Source: an uncultured Holophaga sp.
GTDB taxonomy: Bacteria > Acidobacteriota > Holophagae > Holophagales > Holophagaceae
NCBI GenBank assembly: GCA_963663375.1
Contig: OY760195.1
Span: 1,881,613 to 1,945,612, forward strand
Length of the DNA: 64,000 bases
Direction: 5' to 3'
The stretch's first letter is position 1. Each line of letters starts with the position of its first letter. Position numbers and translations under genes: made by a program. This document shows, piece by piece, positions 9,987-19,896 of this stretch. The notes below the pieces were generated by a model. That model was not told the origin of the DNA. It did no database searches and saw only the letters and a program-made list of their open reading frames with translations.

Positions 9987-10038
9987 CCCTAGAGAGTACG
10001 CCCTCGAAGCCCCAGCGTCAGCCAACACCTTTGGCCCG

Positions 10039-13000
10039 TCAGGTCTCCGAGGTGGGGGCAAGGTGCTCCTGATTGGGCATCACCAGAGGCAAAATCACCC
10101 GGAAGGTCGAGCCCTTGTCCACTTCGCTCACCACCTCGATGCGCCCCGAATGGGCCTCCACCAGGGCCTTGCAGATGCTGAGCCCCAGGCCCCATCCCTT
10201 CTGCTCATCTTCGACCCGGGTCTGGCGGAAGGGTTGGAAGAGGCCCGACTGCAGGGAGGGATCGATGCCCCGGCCCGTGTCCCAGACTTCCAGCACCCAG
10301 GTGTCCTCCCCAAGAATCGACCGGATGCCCACCGTGCCGGGCGCCTCGGTGAACTTCAGGGCGTTCTCGATGAGGTTGAAGAGCACCTGCTGAAGGGACG
10401 TGGTGTCCGCCAGGATCCAGGCCTGGTCCGCCCGAGGATCCAGCTCAAGGCTGTGGGAGAGTGCCCGCGCCTCGGCCTTCAACCTCAGGGTGTCCGTGAG
10501 TCCCTCCAGGGCCTCCGAGGGTCGGCACAGCCGCTGGTTGAGGCTCTCGGTGAAGGATTCGGACTTGGCCTGATCCAGCAGACCCCGGATGATCGCCTCC
10601 AGGCGCCGGGCCTCCCGGTCCAGGATATTGAGCATGGGATCATCCGATTCTCGCGCTTCGCCATCCCGGAGACGGTCCACGGAAAGCATGATGCTGGTCA
10701 GCGGTGAGCGCAGGTCGTGGCTCACGGTGCGCATCAATTGCACCCGGCTCTCCAGGGAGCGCTTCAACTGCTGGTGCAGGCGCTCCAGGGACTTGTTGCG
10801 CAGCCTCAGGGCTTCCGTGCGCTCTTCGACCTTGGCCTCCAGGAGGTGGGCCTGGCGCTGGAGCACCCGGAGGCGCAGATAGACCAGCAGGATGATGAGT
10901 CCGGCCCCCGCGAGAGTGAAGACTACGCGGGTGAAGGTGCGCTGATACCACGCCGGCCTCACCCGAATGGGCAGAGGGTCGGCTTCCACCCACTCCCGCC
11001 CGTCGAGGCTGGCCCGCAGGCGGAAACGATAATTGCCCGGCCCCACCTGGGCGACCTGGATACTGTTGGCGTTGTTCTCCACCGCCCGCCAATCGCCATC
11101 CAGCCCCTCGATCATCACCTGGTAGCGGGGCACGGAGGGGGCGGCCGGGAGCCCCGTATCGAAGATCAGATCCAGGGTGCCCGGCGTAGGGGGGAGATCT
11201 ACCCGCTCGGGTAGCCAGCGGGACTCGCTGCCCCAGGCAACCTCCATCACCCGCGGCTTCGGCATCTGCACCTTGGCCAGGGGCTCCCGCGTATCCAGCA
11301 CGCAGGCGCCCCCCTTCATGCCGATCCATAGCCGCTGTCGGCTGTCCAGCATCGCGGCATCGGTGGTGGTCTCGTCCGACAGCAGGCCTCGGTTCTTGGT
11401 GAGCAGCACCACCGATGAGCCCGAGATCAGCGAGACACCCTTGGCGTGGCCTACGGCGAGGGGCCCCGAGGGCAAGCGGCAGATCCAGTTGGGCGTGCCT
11501 TGAATACTGGCCTCCACGGGACCCAGGTGAACCCATTCCCCCGGTTTGCCCTTCACGAAACCGAAGACCCCCTCGTGGGTGGCGACCCAGAGCTGACCCG
11601 AGGGTTCCTCATACATGGTGGCAATGTTGGCGGAATGCACCGGCGTACCCGCAAAGGCCCGCTGGAACAGGCCGACCCCACCCTCCACCCGGAAGGTATA
11701 GAGCCCGACTTGCGTGGCCACCAGGAGCCCCGGCCCCGTGGGCCAAACCCGGGGCAGGATCTTGGGTACGGCGCCGCGCCCCACTTCCTGAGGCAGCGGG
11801 TGGAAGGCGACGAATTGGCCCTCCAGGGTGAGCTCGACCACGCCCTCCCACAGGGTCCCCGCCCACAGGCGCCCGCCGTGAATCAACAGGGAATGGGTCT
11901 GGACATTCCGGAGGCGCTCCGGTCCCGCCTCGATGCGCCCATCGATCCAGCGGAACAAGCCCCGGGTGGTGCCTAGCCAGACTCCTCCCTTGGGGTGGGC
12001 CAGCATGGACCAGATCTCGAGGGAAGGGACCCCCGGCGCGCTCTGCCAGCGTCCCAAGATCTGCGCCTTGTCATCCAGGAGAAACAGCCCCTGGGCGCCG
12101 CCCAGCAGCATGCGGCCCCCAGGGAGCTCATGGAACTGCGCCACCCCACCCAGGCCCAGCCCCGCGCCTGTCAAAGGGTCCGAGTGCAGCACCCGGAGGT
12201 CGGGGATGGCCTGCGCCAAGACGTCGCTGCCATCGGTACCGATCCAGAGCACGCCTCGGCGATCCCGATGCACCACCGCCACCCCGTCCCTGGGTAGGCC
12301 GTCCCGGAAGGTCCAGACTTTCATGTTTCCTTGGCGGTCCTTGATCAGGAGCCCATCGGTCCCCATGGCCAGGAGCATCTCGCCGCGCTCAGAAAAGGAG
12401 AGCGAGGTAAAGAGGGGACTCCCCGGCAGGGCCGGAAGGAACTGGGGCGCCCAATCACCCCCAGGGGTCTGACGGAGGAGCGTCTCAGGAAAGAGGGCCC
12501 AGAGGCTACCTTCCCGATCCCGGACGAGGGCCTGGACGCCCTTGCCCGCCAGGGCCGGTGGCAACACCGCACTCTGAACCGCCTTCCCATCCCAGCGGAA
12601 CAGGTTCCCTTTCCGGGAACCCATCCAGATCCCGCCCTGGGGATCCTCCGCCAGGGCAAAGATCGGCAGGTATTTCCAGGGATCGGGCAGCACCACCCGC
12701 TCGAACCGATCTCCCCGGCGACGGAAGAGCCCCTGGCGACCGCCCACGAGGATTTCGCCGTTCTGGCGCTCCAGGAGCGAATAGACATTGGTGATATCCA
12801 GTCCGTCGGCCTCTCCGAAATTCCGGATGCGGCTCCCCCGGATCTCCGCCACTCCGTATTCCTCGCCACCGACCCAGATGCTGCCTTGCCGATCCTGCAT
12901 CAGGCAGTTCACCTGGGTGGGGCGGAGCTGCTCCTGGGAACGATAGGGCCTAAAGCCCGAGGCGCCCAGTCGCGCCAACCCCTCCAGGGTGCCGATCCAG

Positions 13001-13194
13001 AGGAAGCCCTCGCGGTCCTCCAGGATCGTGCGGACCTGGCTCTGAGGGAGCCCGTCCCGATCATCGAAGCGACGAAAGGCCAGGGGTTGGGCCAGGGCGA
13101 AGGAGGCGACCCAACCCAATAACAGCAGAAGCAAGGCGAGTCCCCTGCCGCAGATGCGACCCAAGCCTGGAACTGGACTTGGGGGAAGGTTCAA
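10039..13194 (-). CDS. Sensor histidine kinase with periplasmic two-component-regulator beta-propeller/Y_Y_Y domain
   Basis: 1051 aa. Signal/TM segment, many beta-propeller repeats of the GxxxG/W-rich type, a Y_Y_Y-like segment, a TM helix, HisKA (VSHDLRSPLTSI) and an HATPase (GWGLGLSICKALVEAHSG). It lies immediately upstream of the sigma-54 response regulator. Confidence 0.8.
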   Translation of the reverse strand: MNLPPSPVPGLGRICGRGLALLLLLLGWVASFALAQPLAFRRFDDRDGLPQSQVRTILEDREGFLWIGTLEGLARLGASGFRPYRSQEQLRPTQVNCLMQDRQGSIWVGGEEYGVAEIRGSRIRNFGEADGLDITNVYSLLERQNGEILVGGRQGLFRRRGDRFERVVLPDPWKYLPIFALAEDPQGGIWMGSRKGNLFRWDGKAVQSAVLPPALAGKGVQALVRDREGSLWALFPETLLRQTPGGDWAPQFLPALPGSPLFTSLSFSERGEMLLAMGTDGLLIKDRQGNMKVWTFRDGLPRDGVAVVHRDRRGVLWIGTDGSDVLAQAIPDLRVLHSDPLTGAGLGLGGVAQFHELPGGRMLLGGAQGLFLLDDKAQILGRWQSAPGVPSLEIWSMLAHPKGGVWLGTTRGLFRWIDGRIEAGPERLRNVQTHSLLIHGGRLWAGTLWEGVVELTLEGQFVAFHPLPQEVGRGAVPKILPRVWPTGPGLLVATQVGLYTFRVEGGVGLFQRAFAGTPVHSANIATMYEEPSGQLWVATHEGVFGFVKGKPGEWVHLGPVEASIQGTPNWICRLPSGPLAVGHAKGVSLISGSSVVLLTKNRGLLSDETTTDAAMLDSRQRLWIGMKGGACVLDTREPLAKVQMPKPRVMEVAWGSESRWLPERVDLPPTPGTLDLIFDTGLPAAPSVPRYQVMIEGLDGDWRAVENNANSIQVAQVGPGNYRFRLRASLDGREWVEADPLPIRVRPAWYQRTFTRVVFTLAGAGLIILLVYLRLRVLQRQAHLLEAKVEERTEALRLRNKSLERLHQQLKRSLESRVQLMRTVSHDLRSPLTSIMLSVDRLRDGEARESDDPMLNILDREARRLEAIIRGLLDQAKSESFTESLNQRLCRPSEALEGLTDTLRLKAEARALSHSLELDPRADQAWILADTTSLQQVLFNLIENALKFTEAPGTVGIRSILGEDTWVLEVWDTGRGIDPSLQSGLFQPFRQTRVEDEQKGWGLGLSICKALVEAHSGRIEVVSEVDKGSTFRVILPLVMPNQEHLAPTSET

Positions 13195-13265
13195 GGCGGG
13201 CCTTTCACTGGAGTCGAGGTGTGGGTTCAGGGCTTCGTCGTGCCAACATGGGGCTGGAGTTCGTC

Positions 13266-14045
13266 ATGCTTGTGGATGCTCACTGTCATCTTCTCGGCAG
13301 TCACCTGGAAGAGCAAAAGCTTAGCCCTCTTTTGGACCGTGCCCGCCTCGCCGGCGTGGGCGGCTTCGTCTCTGTGGCCACGGGGCTGGAGGATTCCCGC
13401 CAAGTGCTGGAACAGGCCCGGACTGCGCCCGATGTCTGCGCGAGCCTGGGCGTTCACCCCCACGAGGCCGCCACCTGGAACGCCGAAACCGGGCCCGCCC
13501 TGGAGTCCCTCCTCCGGGATCCGGCCGCCCGGTTCGTGGGCGAGACGGGTCTCGATTGGCACTATGATTTTTCGCCTCAGGAAACCCAGGAAGCGGTCTT
13601 CCGAGAGCAGATCCGACTGGCCCGGCGGGTGCGGAAACCCTTGATGATCCACACCCGGGAGGCGCCGGAGGCCACCCTGCGCATCCTCCAGGAGGAGGGC
13701 GCCTCGGAAGTGCGGGGCGTCATCCACTGTTTTTCCGAGGATCTGCCCTTCGCCCGGCGGGCCCTGGACCTGGGTTTCTATCTCAGCTTTTCAGGCATCC
13801 TGACCTTCAAGAACGCCCAGGCGATCCGGGAGGCGGCGGTCTTCGCCCCGGCGGACCGCATCCTAGTGGAGACGGACGCCCCCTACCTGGCCCCTGTGCC
13901 CCATCGCGGCAAGATCAATGAACCAGCCTTCGTCACCCTCGTGGCGGAATGCCTGGCCCGATTGCGGGGCCTCCGCCCCGATAACCTGGGTGACCTGACC
14001 ACCCGGAACCTGGAGAACCTGTGCGGCTGGGCCCCCTCTTTCTGA
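13266..14045 (+). CDS. tatD: TatD-family metal-dependent hydrolase
   Basis: VDAHCHL motif and full-length TatD similarity. An RBS, ggag, precedes the ATG at 13266. Confidence 0.8.
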   Translation: MLVDAHCHLLGSHLEEQKLSPLLDRARLAGVGGFVSVATGLEDSRQVLEQARTAPDVCASLGVHPHEAATWNAETGPALESLLRDPAARFVGETGLDWHYDFSPQETQEAVFREQIRLARRVRKPLMIHTREAPEATLRILQEEGASEVRGVIHCFSEDLPFARRALDLGFYLSFSGILTFKNAQAIREAAVFAPADRILVETDAPYLAPVPHRGKINEPAFVTLVAECLARLRGLRPDNLGDLTTRNLENLCGWAPSF

Positions 14046-14689
14046 TTCCGGCCTCCCTCGGGGCCCAGGAGACGCGTCAACTGCCCTGGGCCCAGGCCCC
14101 GAGCCTGCCCTGGCGTGCCTCGCTCCCGGGAGAACTGGCCGATCCTGCGCCCCTGCCCCCGCTCCCCGAGGGTGGCCCCCTTCGGGTCAGCCTCGCCCCG
14201 GATGGCGCCCTGAAGATCATGGATGCCAAGGGTATCGTCCTCCTGCGCACGGGATTGCCAGGGCGCCCCCTGCGCATTTGGCGAGATGGGGGCCGCTTGG
14301 TTTCCGGAACCTCAGGCACGTGGCCCTTTCCCATCCAGACACCCCTCCGGCGAGGCATCGGTGCCCTTCCCTTGGGCCAGCCGGACTTCCGACCCGGTCT
14401 CGAAGGCACCCTCTGGATCCTCGATGATGAGGAACGCCTCCTGACGGTGGTGCATCCTGCCACAGCCCGGGTGGCCTACCTCACCCTTCCCGGGGGCACC
14501 GGCCTGGATCTCCAGTTTCTCCCAGGCCACCTCCTGGTCAGGCAGAACTCCCTGGCCGGCACCCTCGGACGGCCCGGGAACGTCTGGTCCCTGCCCTGGC
14601 TGAGCCTGCTGCCCCAGCTCATTCTCCTGGGCACCCCCCTCCCCGCCCCCAAACCCGGAACGGCCCTGGTTCCCTACCCCCACGGGTAG
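14021..14689 (+). CDS. Hypothetical protein (Pro/Leu-rich, possible secreted)
   Basis: 222-aa ORF overlapping the tatD 3' end. No recognizable domain. Coding status is uncertain. Confidence 0.35.
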   Translation: MRLGPLFLIPASLGAQETRQLPWAQAPSLPWRASLPGELADPAPLPPLPEGGPLRVSLAPDGALKIMDAKGIVLLRTGLPGRPLRIWRDGGRLVSGTSGTWPFPIQTPLRRGIGALPLGQPDFRPGLEGTLWILDDEERLLTVVHPATARVAYLTLPGGTGLDLQFLPGHLLVRQNSLAGTLGRPGNVWSLPWLSLLPQLILLGTPLPAPKPGTALVPYPHG

Positions 14690-14795
14690 ACTTGTGGAAT
14701 GCCTTGGCACGGCCCTGGCATATCCTGCGCAGGGAATCATTCTTGGAATCGAATCCACCCGGATTCGTGGACCCACGGAACGTTGGAGGGATGCC

Positions 14796-16763
14796 ATGAC
14801 GCACGACCTGTTCAACCCCAGCATGCGGACGCTCGCCCTGTTGCTCGCCCCTGCCGCAATCCTGGCGCCATCGCTCAGCGCCCAGGCGCCGGACGATGAT
14901 GCCGACTCCTACCTGGGAGAAAGCCCCGAGCGCTACGCGCAAGTCAAGGTGCTCGAGGGCGATGTGAGCGTCCGTAAGGGCGACTCCGATGAACCCCTGG
15001 CCCGGGGCATCCCCGTGGGCGAGGGGGATGTGGTGGAAAGCCGCGGTCGGGGTGTTCTGCAACTGGGCGACGGCAGCCGCATTGCCTTCGGCAGCGCCAC
15101 TCGCTTCCAGGTCGCCGCCCTCTTCACCGACCAGAAGGGTGAGCGCCAGGTGCTGCTGCGCCTGGACTACGGTCGCATCCGCATCTCCCTGGGCGCCCAG
15201 AGCGAGGCCCGGATCCGCGTGGACACCCCCTCGGGCACCGCCTCCCTGGCCGACAAAGGCAGCGCCACCTTCGAGGTGGATCGGGATCGCACCGTGCGCC
15301 TTCGGGTTCACAGCGGGCGCATCCGCTTCGCCAACGATGCCGATCGGGCCACCATCGCCGCCGGAGAACGCCTCACGGTCTACGGCAATCAGGATCGCCT
15401 GGACCGGGTGCGGAGCTTCAACACCTACGACTCGGACGCCTTCGATGAATGGAGCAGTGGCCAGCTCATGCCCCGCCACCGGGCGAGCTGGGATCGGGTG
15501 CCCAAGGAGATCCGCTACTACGCCGATGACCTGGACGACAACGGCGACTGGGTCTATGTGGATGACACCAGCAGCTGGTGCTGGCGCCCCCGGGTGAGCG
15601 TGGAATGGCGCCCCTACTGGCGGGGCCGCTGGGGCGCCTACGCGGGCGGCATGACCTGGGTCAGCGATGATCCCTGGGGCTATGTCACCCACCATCACGG
15701 CCGCTGGGGCTGGGGCGCGAGCCTCGGCTGGTACTGGATCCCCGGGGTCTACTACAGTCCCGCCTGGGTGGCCTGGAACAACCAGGACAGCTACTTCGGC
15801 TGGGCCCCTCTGGGCTACTGGAACTCCCCCTGCAGCTGGGGCTACGGCTCCTGGGGCGGCGGGTATGCCTGGAACGTGGTGAGCGTGAATCACATCCACC
15901 TCCACAACCTGCACGGACGCATCTACTCCGATGCCAACATCATCCGCAACTTCAATCGCGGCACCGGCGGCTCCACCTGGACCGGCTCCGGCCCCGGGCG
16001 GCCCCTCACCCCCGGCTGGCAGCGTGGTCCCCTGGTCGTCACTCGACAGGAATTCAGTAATCCCGGCCAGTTCCAGCGGGTGGTCGCCCAGCGCCCCCTG
16101 CAGCGGGAACGCATCCAGACCTACAGCCGCCAGGCCGAAACGTCCACAGGCCGCACCATCCTGCGGCGCGATCCCACCGAGACCCGAACCGTTGATCGCG
16201 CCCAGCCCCAGGGCCCGATCCCTGGCCGAGAAGCCCGCCACGTCCCCTTCGAGGACCGCAGTCGCCCCGTTCCTGGGCGCTCCGTGGTGCGCGAACCCCG
16301 CATCGTCTCCCCCGCGAACCCCGATTCACGGGGCGGCCGGCCGGTGGATGCGGGCCGGCTTCCCGGCCCCAGTGACCCCCGCCCCGGTGGCACCCCCGGT
16401 CGGGAAGTCACCCCCCGGGATCAGACTCGAGGCGGGAGCCCCCACGAGGTAGACCGCCCGGCCCCCCGGGAAATGCCCCGCGAAGCTCCCCGGGAAACCC
16501 CTCGGGAACCCATCCGCAGCGAACGTCCCCGGGACTTTGAACGGCCGGCCCCCCGGGAAACGCCTCGCGAATACGAGCGGCCCACGCCTCGAGAAGCCCC
16601 TCGGGAATACGAGCGCCCCGCGCCCCGGGAAGCCCCCAGGGAAACGCCGCGAGAGGCCCCTCGGTATGAGCGGCCCTCATCTCCCGCGCCATCCCCCAGC
16701 CCCAGTCCTGCCCCGCGATCGGCGCCCGACCGCGCCCCCTCGCAGCGACCCCACGGACGGTAG
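14796..16763 (+). CDS. FecR-domain protein with W/Y/G-rich DUF and C-terminal P-R-E tandem-repeat tail
   Basis: Strong RBS ggaggg before the ATG at 14796 and a signal peptide (MRTLALLLAPAAILAPSLSAQAP). The FecR-like segment reads VLQLGDGSRIAFGSATRF. The central region is Trp/Tyr/Gly-rich (YYSPAWVAWNNQDSYFGWAPLGYW). The C-terminus has a PREAPRE / YERP(A/T)PRE repeat array. Confidence 0.6.
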   Translation: MTHDLFNPSMRTLALLLAPAAILAPSLSAQAPDDDADSYLGESPERYAQVKVLEGDVSVRKGDSDEPLARGIPVGEGDVVESRGRGVLQLGDGSRIAFGSATRFQVAALFTDQKGERQVLLRLDYGRIRISLGAQSEARIRVDTPSGTASLADKGSATFEVDRDRTVRLRVHSGRIRFANDADRATIAAGERLTVYGNQDRLDRVRSFNTYDSDAFDEWSSGQLMPRHRASWDRVPKEIRYYADDLDDNGDWVYVDDTSSWCWRPRVSVEWRPYWRGRWGAYAGGMTWVSDDPWGYVTHHHGRWGWGASLGWYWIPGVYYSPAWVAWNNQDSYFGWAPLGYWNSPCSWGYGSWGGGYAWNVVSVNHIHLHNLHGRIYSDANIIRNFNRGTGGSTWTGSGPGRPLTPGWQRGPLVVTRQEFSNPGQFQRVVAQRPLQRERIQTYSRQAETSTGRTILRRDPTETRTVDRAQPQGPIPGREARHVPFEDRSRPVPGRSVVREPRIVSPANPDSRGGRPVDAGRLPGPSDPRPGGTPGREVTPRDQTRGGSPHEVDRPAPREMPREAPRETPREPIRSERPRDFERPAPRETPREYERPTPREAPREYERPAPREAPRETPREAPRYERPSSPAPSPSPSPAPRSAPDRAPSQRPHGR

Positions 16764-16775
16764 CTGACCCCCACG

Positions 16776-16810
16776 AAAAAGCCCCCCGGAATTTCCCGGG
16801 GGGCTTTTTC
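16776..16810. terminator. Bidirectional rho-independent terminator
   Basis: aaaaa-gccccccgg-aatttc-ccggggggc-ttttt sits between convergent genes. Confidence 0.6.
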
Positions 16811-16823
16811 GTTGGCGGTGGTC

Positions 16824-18578
16824 TCAGAAGTGCTCGATGGGGTAGACGCCCTTCTCGATGACCTGGGTGGCGATGCGGTCCCGCAGCTTGGCGCCGGGGA
16901 TGGGCTGGTAGCCGTCGAAGGCCCGCAGGGCGGCGAGAGCCTGGGTCAGGGTTTCACCTTCCAGTACCTCGGCCACCAGGAGGCGGGCGTGGTTGAGCAC
17001 GCGGCCGAAGCTTTCATTCACATAGACCTCGGCGCAATCCTTGGCGAATTCCGCCCAGCGGTGGCTGGAGGCCGCCATCTTCGCGGCGCGCACCACGGCG
17101 CATTCCATGGTGTAGACCTCGCTCACCATGTCGGCGGCCCGGGCGGCGGCTTCCTGGTTCTCGATGAGCTTCTGACCCGTGACCTCCAGACAGGCGGCAA
17201 TGGCGTACTGGGCCTGGCGCTTGGCCAGTTCCACGGCCTGCTCGGCCTTGCCCAGGGGACCGGTGCCGACCTTCGGCAGATCCGCCGTGTCCTTGCGCAG
17301 GGCCAGGGTGCCGTTACCGGACTTCTTGAAGACCTGCCCCGCGATGATCAGGCGGTTGATCTCGTTGGTGCCCTCGAAGAGGCGGTTGATGCGGTTGTCC
17401 CGGTAGATCTTCTCGGGCGGGTACTCCGCGGAGAAACCGTAGCCGCCGAAGCACTGCACGGCATCGTCGGCGATGAGGCCCAAGGCCTCGCTGTCCCAGA
17501 CCTTCATGATGGAGGCTTCCATCTGGAACTCGTCCATGATGTCCATCTTCTGCTTGGCGGCATCGGGCTGATCCCAGTGGGCCGCGTGCATGCCCTCGTT
17601 GATGTAGCCGATGGTGCGGAAGTTCATGCTCTCCGCCACAAAGATGCGCGTGGCCATGTCCGCCAGGTACTTGCGGATGAGGCCAAAGTTGTTGATGGTC
17701 TTGTTGAACTGCATCCGCTCGCCGGTGTACTTCAGGGTGTACTTCAGCACCTCCTTGGCGATGCCGTTGCAACCGGCGCCCAGCTTGAAGCGGCCGATGG
17801 CGAGGATGCCGAAGGCGATGCGATGGCCCTTGCCGATCTCGCCCAGCAGGCGGTCCTTGGGGATGCGGCAGTTGTCGAAGCTGAGGGCGCGGGTGCTGGA
17901 GCCCTTGATGCCCAGCTTGTGCTCCTCGGCGGCGATGGTGAAACCGGGATCGTTCTTCTCCACGATGAAGGCGCTGAACTTGCGGCCGTCCACCTTGGCG
18001 AAGACCACGAAGACATCCGCGAAGCCCGCGTTGGTGATCCACATCTTGGAGCCGTTGAGCACCCAGGTGTCGCCATCCAGGGTGGCCACGGTCTTGGCGT
18101 TCATGGCATCGCTGCCCGCGCCTGGCTCCGTTAGGGCATAGGCCGCCAGCAGCTCGCCGCTGCCAAGCTTGGGCAGGTAAGTGGCCTTCTGCTGCTCGGT
18201 GCCGAAGTAGACGATGGGCAGGGTGCCGATGCCCGTGTGGGCGCCGTAGGACACGGAGAAGGAGGCCTGGCGGCCCAGCTCCTCCAGCACCAGCAGGCCG
18301 GAGATCTTGTCCAGGTCCATGCCGTCGAAGGCTTCGGGAATTTCAAGACTCAGGAGCCCCAGCTCACCGGCCTTGCGGAGCAGATCCTTGGAGAGCTGGA
18401 GGTCGAGCTTGTCGATCTCCGCATCCTTGGGCAGCACCTCGCCCTCGATGAACTCGCGGGCGGCCTGGCCAATGGCCTGGGCGTCTTCGCTCAGCTCTTC
18501 GGGCGTGAACTGGGCCTGACTGCCGATGGGCGCCAGCAGAAAGCTGCCCCCAAAGATCGTCTCGTTCGTTGTTGCCAT
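16824..18578 (-). CDS. Acyl-CoA dehydrogenase (long-chain, FadE-like)
   Basis: 584 aa with all three ACAD domains (N-terminal, middle and C-terminal) readable in the translation. Confidence 0.85.
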   Translation of the reverse strand: MATTNETIFGGSFLLAPIGSQAQFTPEELSEDAQAIGQAAREFIEGEVLPKDAEIDKLDLQLSKDLLRKAGELGLLSLEIPEAFDGMDLDKISGLLVLEELGRQASFSVSYGAHTGIGTLPIVYFGTEQQKATYLPKLGSGELLAAYALTEPGAGSDAMNAKTVATLDGDTWVLNGSKMWITNAGFADVFVVFAKVDGRKFSAFIVEKNDPGFTIAAEEHKLGIKGSSTRALSFDNCRIPKDRLLGEIGKGHRIAFGILAIGRFKLGAGCNGIAKEVLKYTLKYTGERMQFNKTINNFGLIRKYLADMATRIFVAESMNFRTIGYINEGMHAAHWDQPDAAKQKMDIMDEFQMEASIMKVWDSEALGLIADDAVQCFGGYGFSAEYPPEKIYRDNRINRLFEGTNEINRLIIAGQVFKKSGNGTLALRKDTADLPKVGTGPLGKAEQAVELAKRQAQYAIAACLEVTGQKLIENQEAAARAADMVSEVYTMECAVVRAAKMAASSHRWAEFAKDCAEVYVNESFGRVLNHARLLVAEVLEGETLTQALAALRAFDGYQPIPGAKLRDRIATQVIEKGVYPIEHF

Positions 18579-18681
18579 GAAACCTCCAACAGGGTGCGGA
18601 TTCAGACTAAAGGTTCTATTTTACCGGAGCCAGACTACTGGATCCCATGGAGATTTCTACTCACCCCCCGCACCGACCATG

Positions 18682-18720
18682 AAACAAACTGGGGCCGTTG
18701 TAACGGCCCCAGTTTCTCTT
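18682..18720. terminator. Bidirectional rho-independent terminator
   Basis: aaacaaa-ctggggccg-ttgtaa-cggccccag-tttctctt between convergent genes. Confidence 0.55.
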
Positions 18721-18764
18721 GCACGATAGGTGTATGTCGAAACGACCCGTTTTCTCAGACGGAA

Positions 18765-19877
18765 CTATGGTTTCCCTGCCTCAACAAAGGTCATCTGATC
18801 GAGAAACAGCAGGTTTCCGTCTGGCTTGAACCGCCAGTTGAAATTACGCAAATCATCTGCGCACTCGATCCTGGATTTAACGTTTTGGGGAGTCGCAACC
18901 TCATGAAGGCGGCCATCTCCGAGATAAAAGTGCCACCACTGCACAACCGGGAAGGCTTTGGATGATTCGTCTGCATGCCGGTTGTGAAACCTCAGGAACT
19001 CCGACCACCAGGATTCAGAGGAAGTACCGGCAGAATCCGGGTGCTGGAATCGAGTATCGTCACCGAAGAGGCCCGCCGTTTCCGTGCGGGAGGCGATCAA
19101 GAGATCTCCATCCCGAGTGGGCTGAACCCCCAATAGCACGGGAAGCCCTGCCTTTTTTTCGACCACATCCTCGCTCAACCCGTTGAACAGCCGAACGACA
19201 CGCTTGAGGTTCCCTTTTCCCGAATCGACAACCCAGAAGTAGCCACTAGCCTGGGACGCGGCGACTAGATATCCGCCGCACCTAGTTATGGGATAAAGAC
19301 CTAGATCGAAAAGTCCAGGATATTGATGCTTCCCATCCGGCTTGAAGAAGGGTTTCCCCAGCCCCGCGTCGAAGGAATCCGTCACTTCGAAATCACCCGA
19401 GGAGGATACGCGCCAGATGTAGAAGGGCCTTTGGCCCTTGCCCTTGAGCATGCTGCCCACAGAAAGGTATTTCCCGTTACCAAGCTCGTATAGTTCGAAA
19501 GGAACCGGATGCTGGTCCTGCTCCCTGGCGGTAGGCCGCCATTTGCCCTGGGCCAGTACCCGCCATTTTCCTTCTTCGAACACAAAGATGGCTGTAAAGA
19601 AGAAGAGTCCCTCGGCATCCTGGGCGCGCCTGTGTTCCCGAGCATAGAGACGACCGTTGCAGTAGTCGTAGCAAAGCAGGCTGCCCCCCTGTAGGGGTTT
19701 CGGGTGCGGTACCTTCCAAACTATTTTTCCAGTGGGAGATTCACACTGCGCCGCAATGCCCCGTTCCGGATGGGTGACCACGAGATTAGGACCATCCCAG
19801 ATGCAGGGATTTGGAGCAAGAGCATTCTGCGCAACGAGCGCTCCCGAAAGGATCAAGAACAATCCCAGGGCTTTCAT
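18765..19877 (-). CDS. Hypothetical secreted protein (low-GC)
   Basis: The signal peptide MKALGLFLILSGALVAQNA begins at the internal Met, so the start is 19877. About 52% GC. No known domain. Confidence 0.5.
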   Translation of the reverse strand: MKALGLFLILSGALVAQNALAPNPCIWDGPNLVVTHPERGIAAQCESPTGKIVWKVPHPKPLQGGSLLCYDYCNGRLYAREHRRAQDAEGLFFFTAIFVFEEGKWRVLAQGKWRPTAREQDQHPVPFELYELGNGKYLSVGSMLKGKGQRPFYIWRVSSSGDFEVTDSFDAGLGKPFFKPDGKHQYPGLFDLGLYPITRCGGYLVAASQASGYFWVVDSGKGNLKRVVRLFNGLSEDVVEKKAGLPVLLGVQPTRDGDLLIASRTETAGLFGDDTRFQHPDSAGTSSESWWSEFLRFHNRHADESSKAFPVVQWWHFYLGDGRLHEVATPQNVKSRIECADDLRNFNWRFKPDGNLLFLDQMTFVEAGKP

Positions 19878-19896
19878 ACCGCCTCCCAAAAGAAGG

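Noticed and set aside
14619-16241. 540-aa minus-strand ORF opposite the FecR-domain gene
   Set aside because: Gly/Ala/Pro-rich antisense translation. The sense strand has a signal peptide, an RBS and domain motifs.
16812-18134. 440-aa plus-strand ORF opposite acyl-CoA dehydrogenase
   Set aside because: Antisense artefact. The ACAD reading frame is unambiguous.
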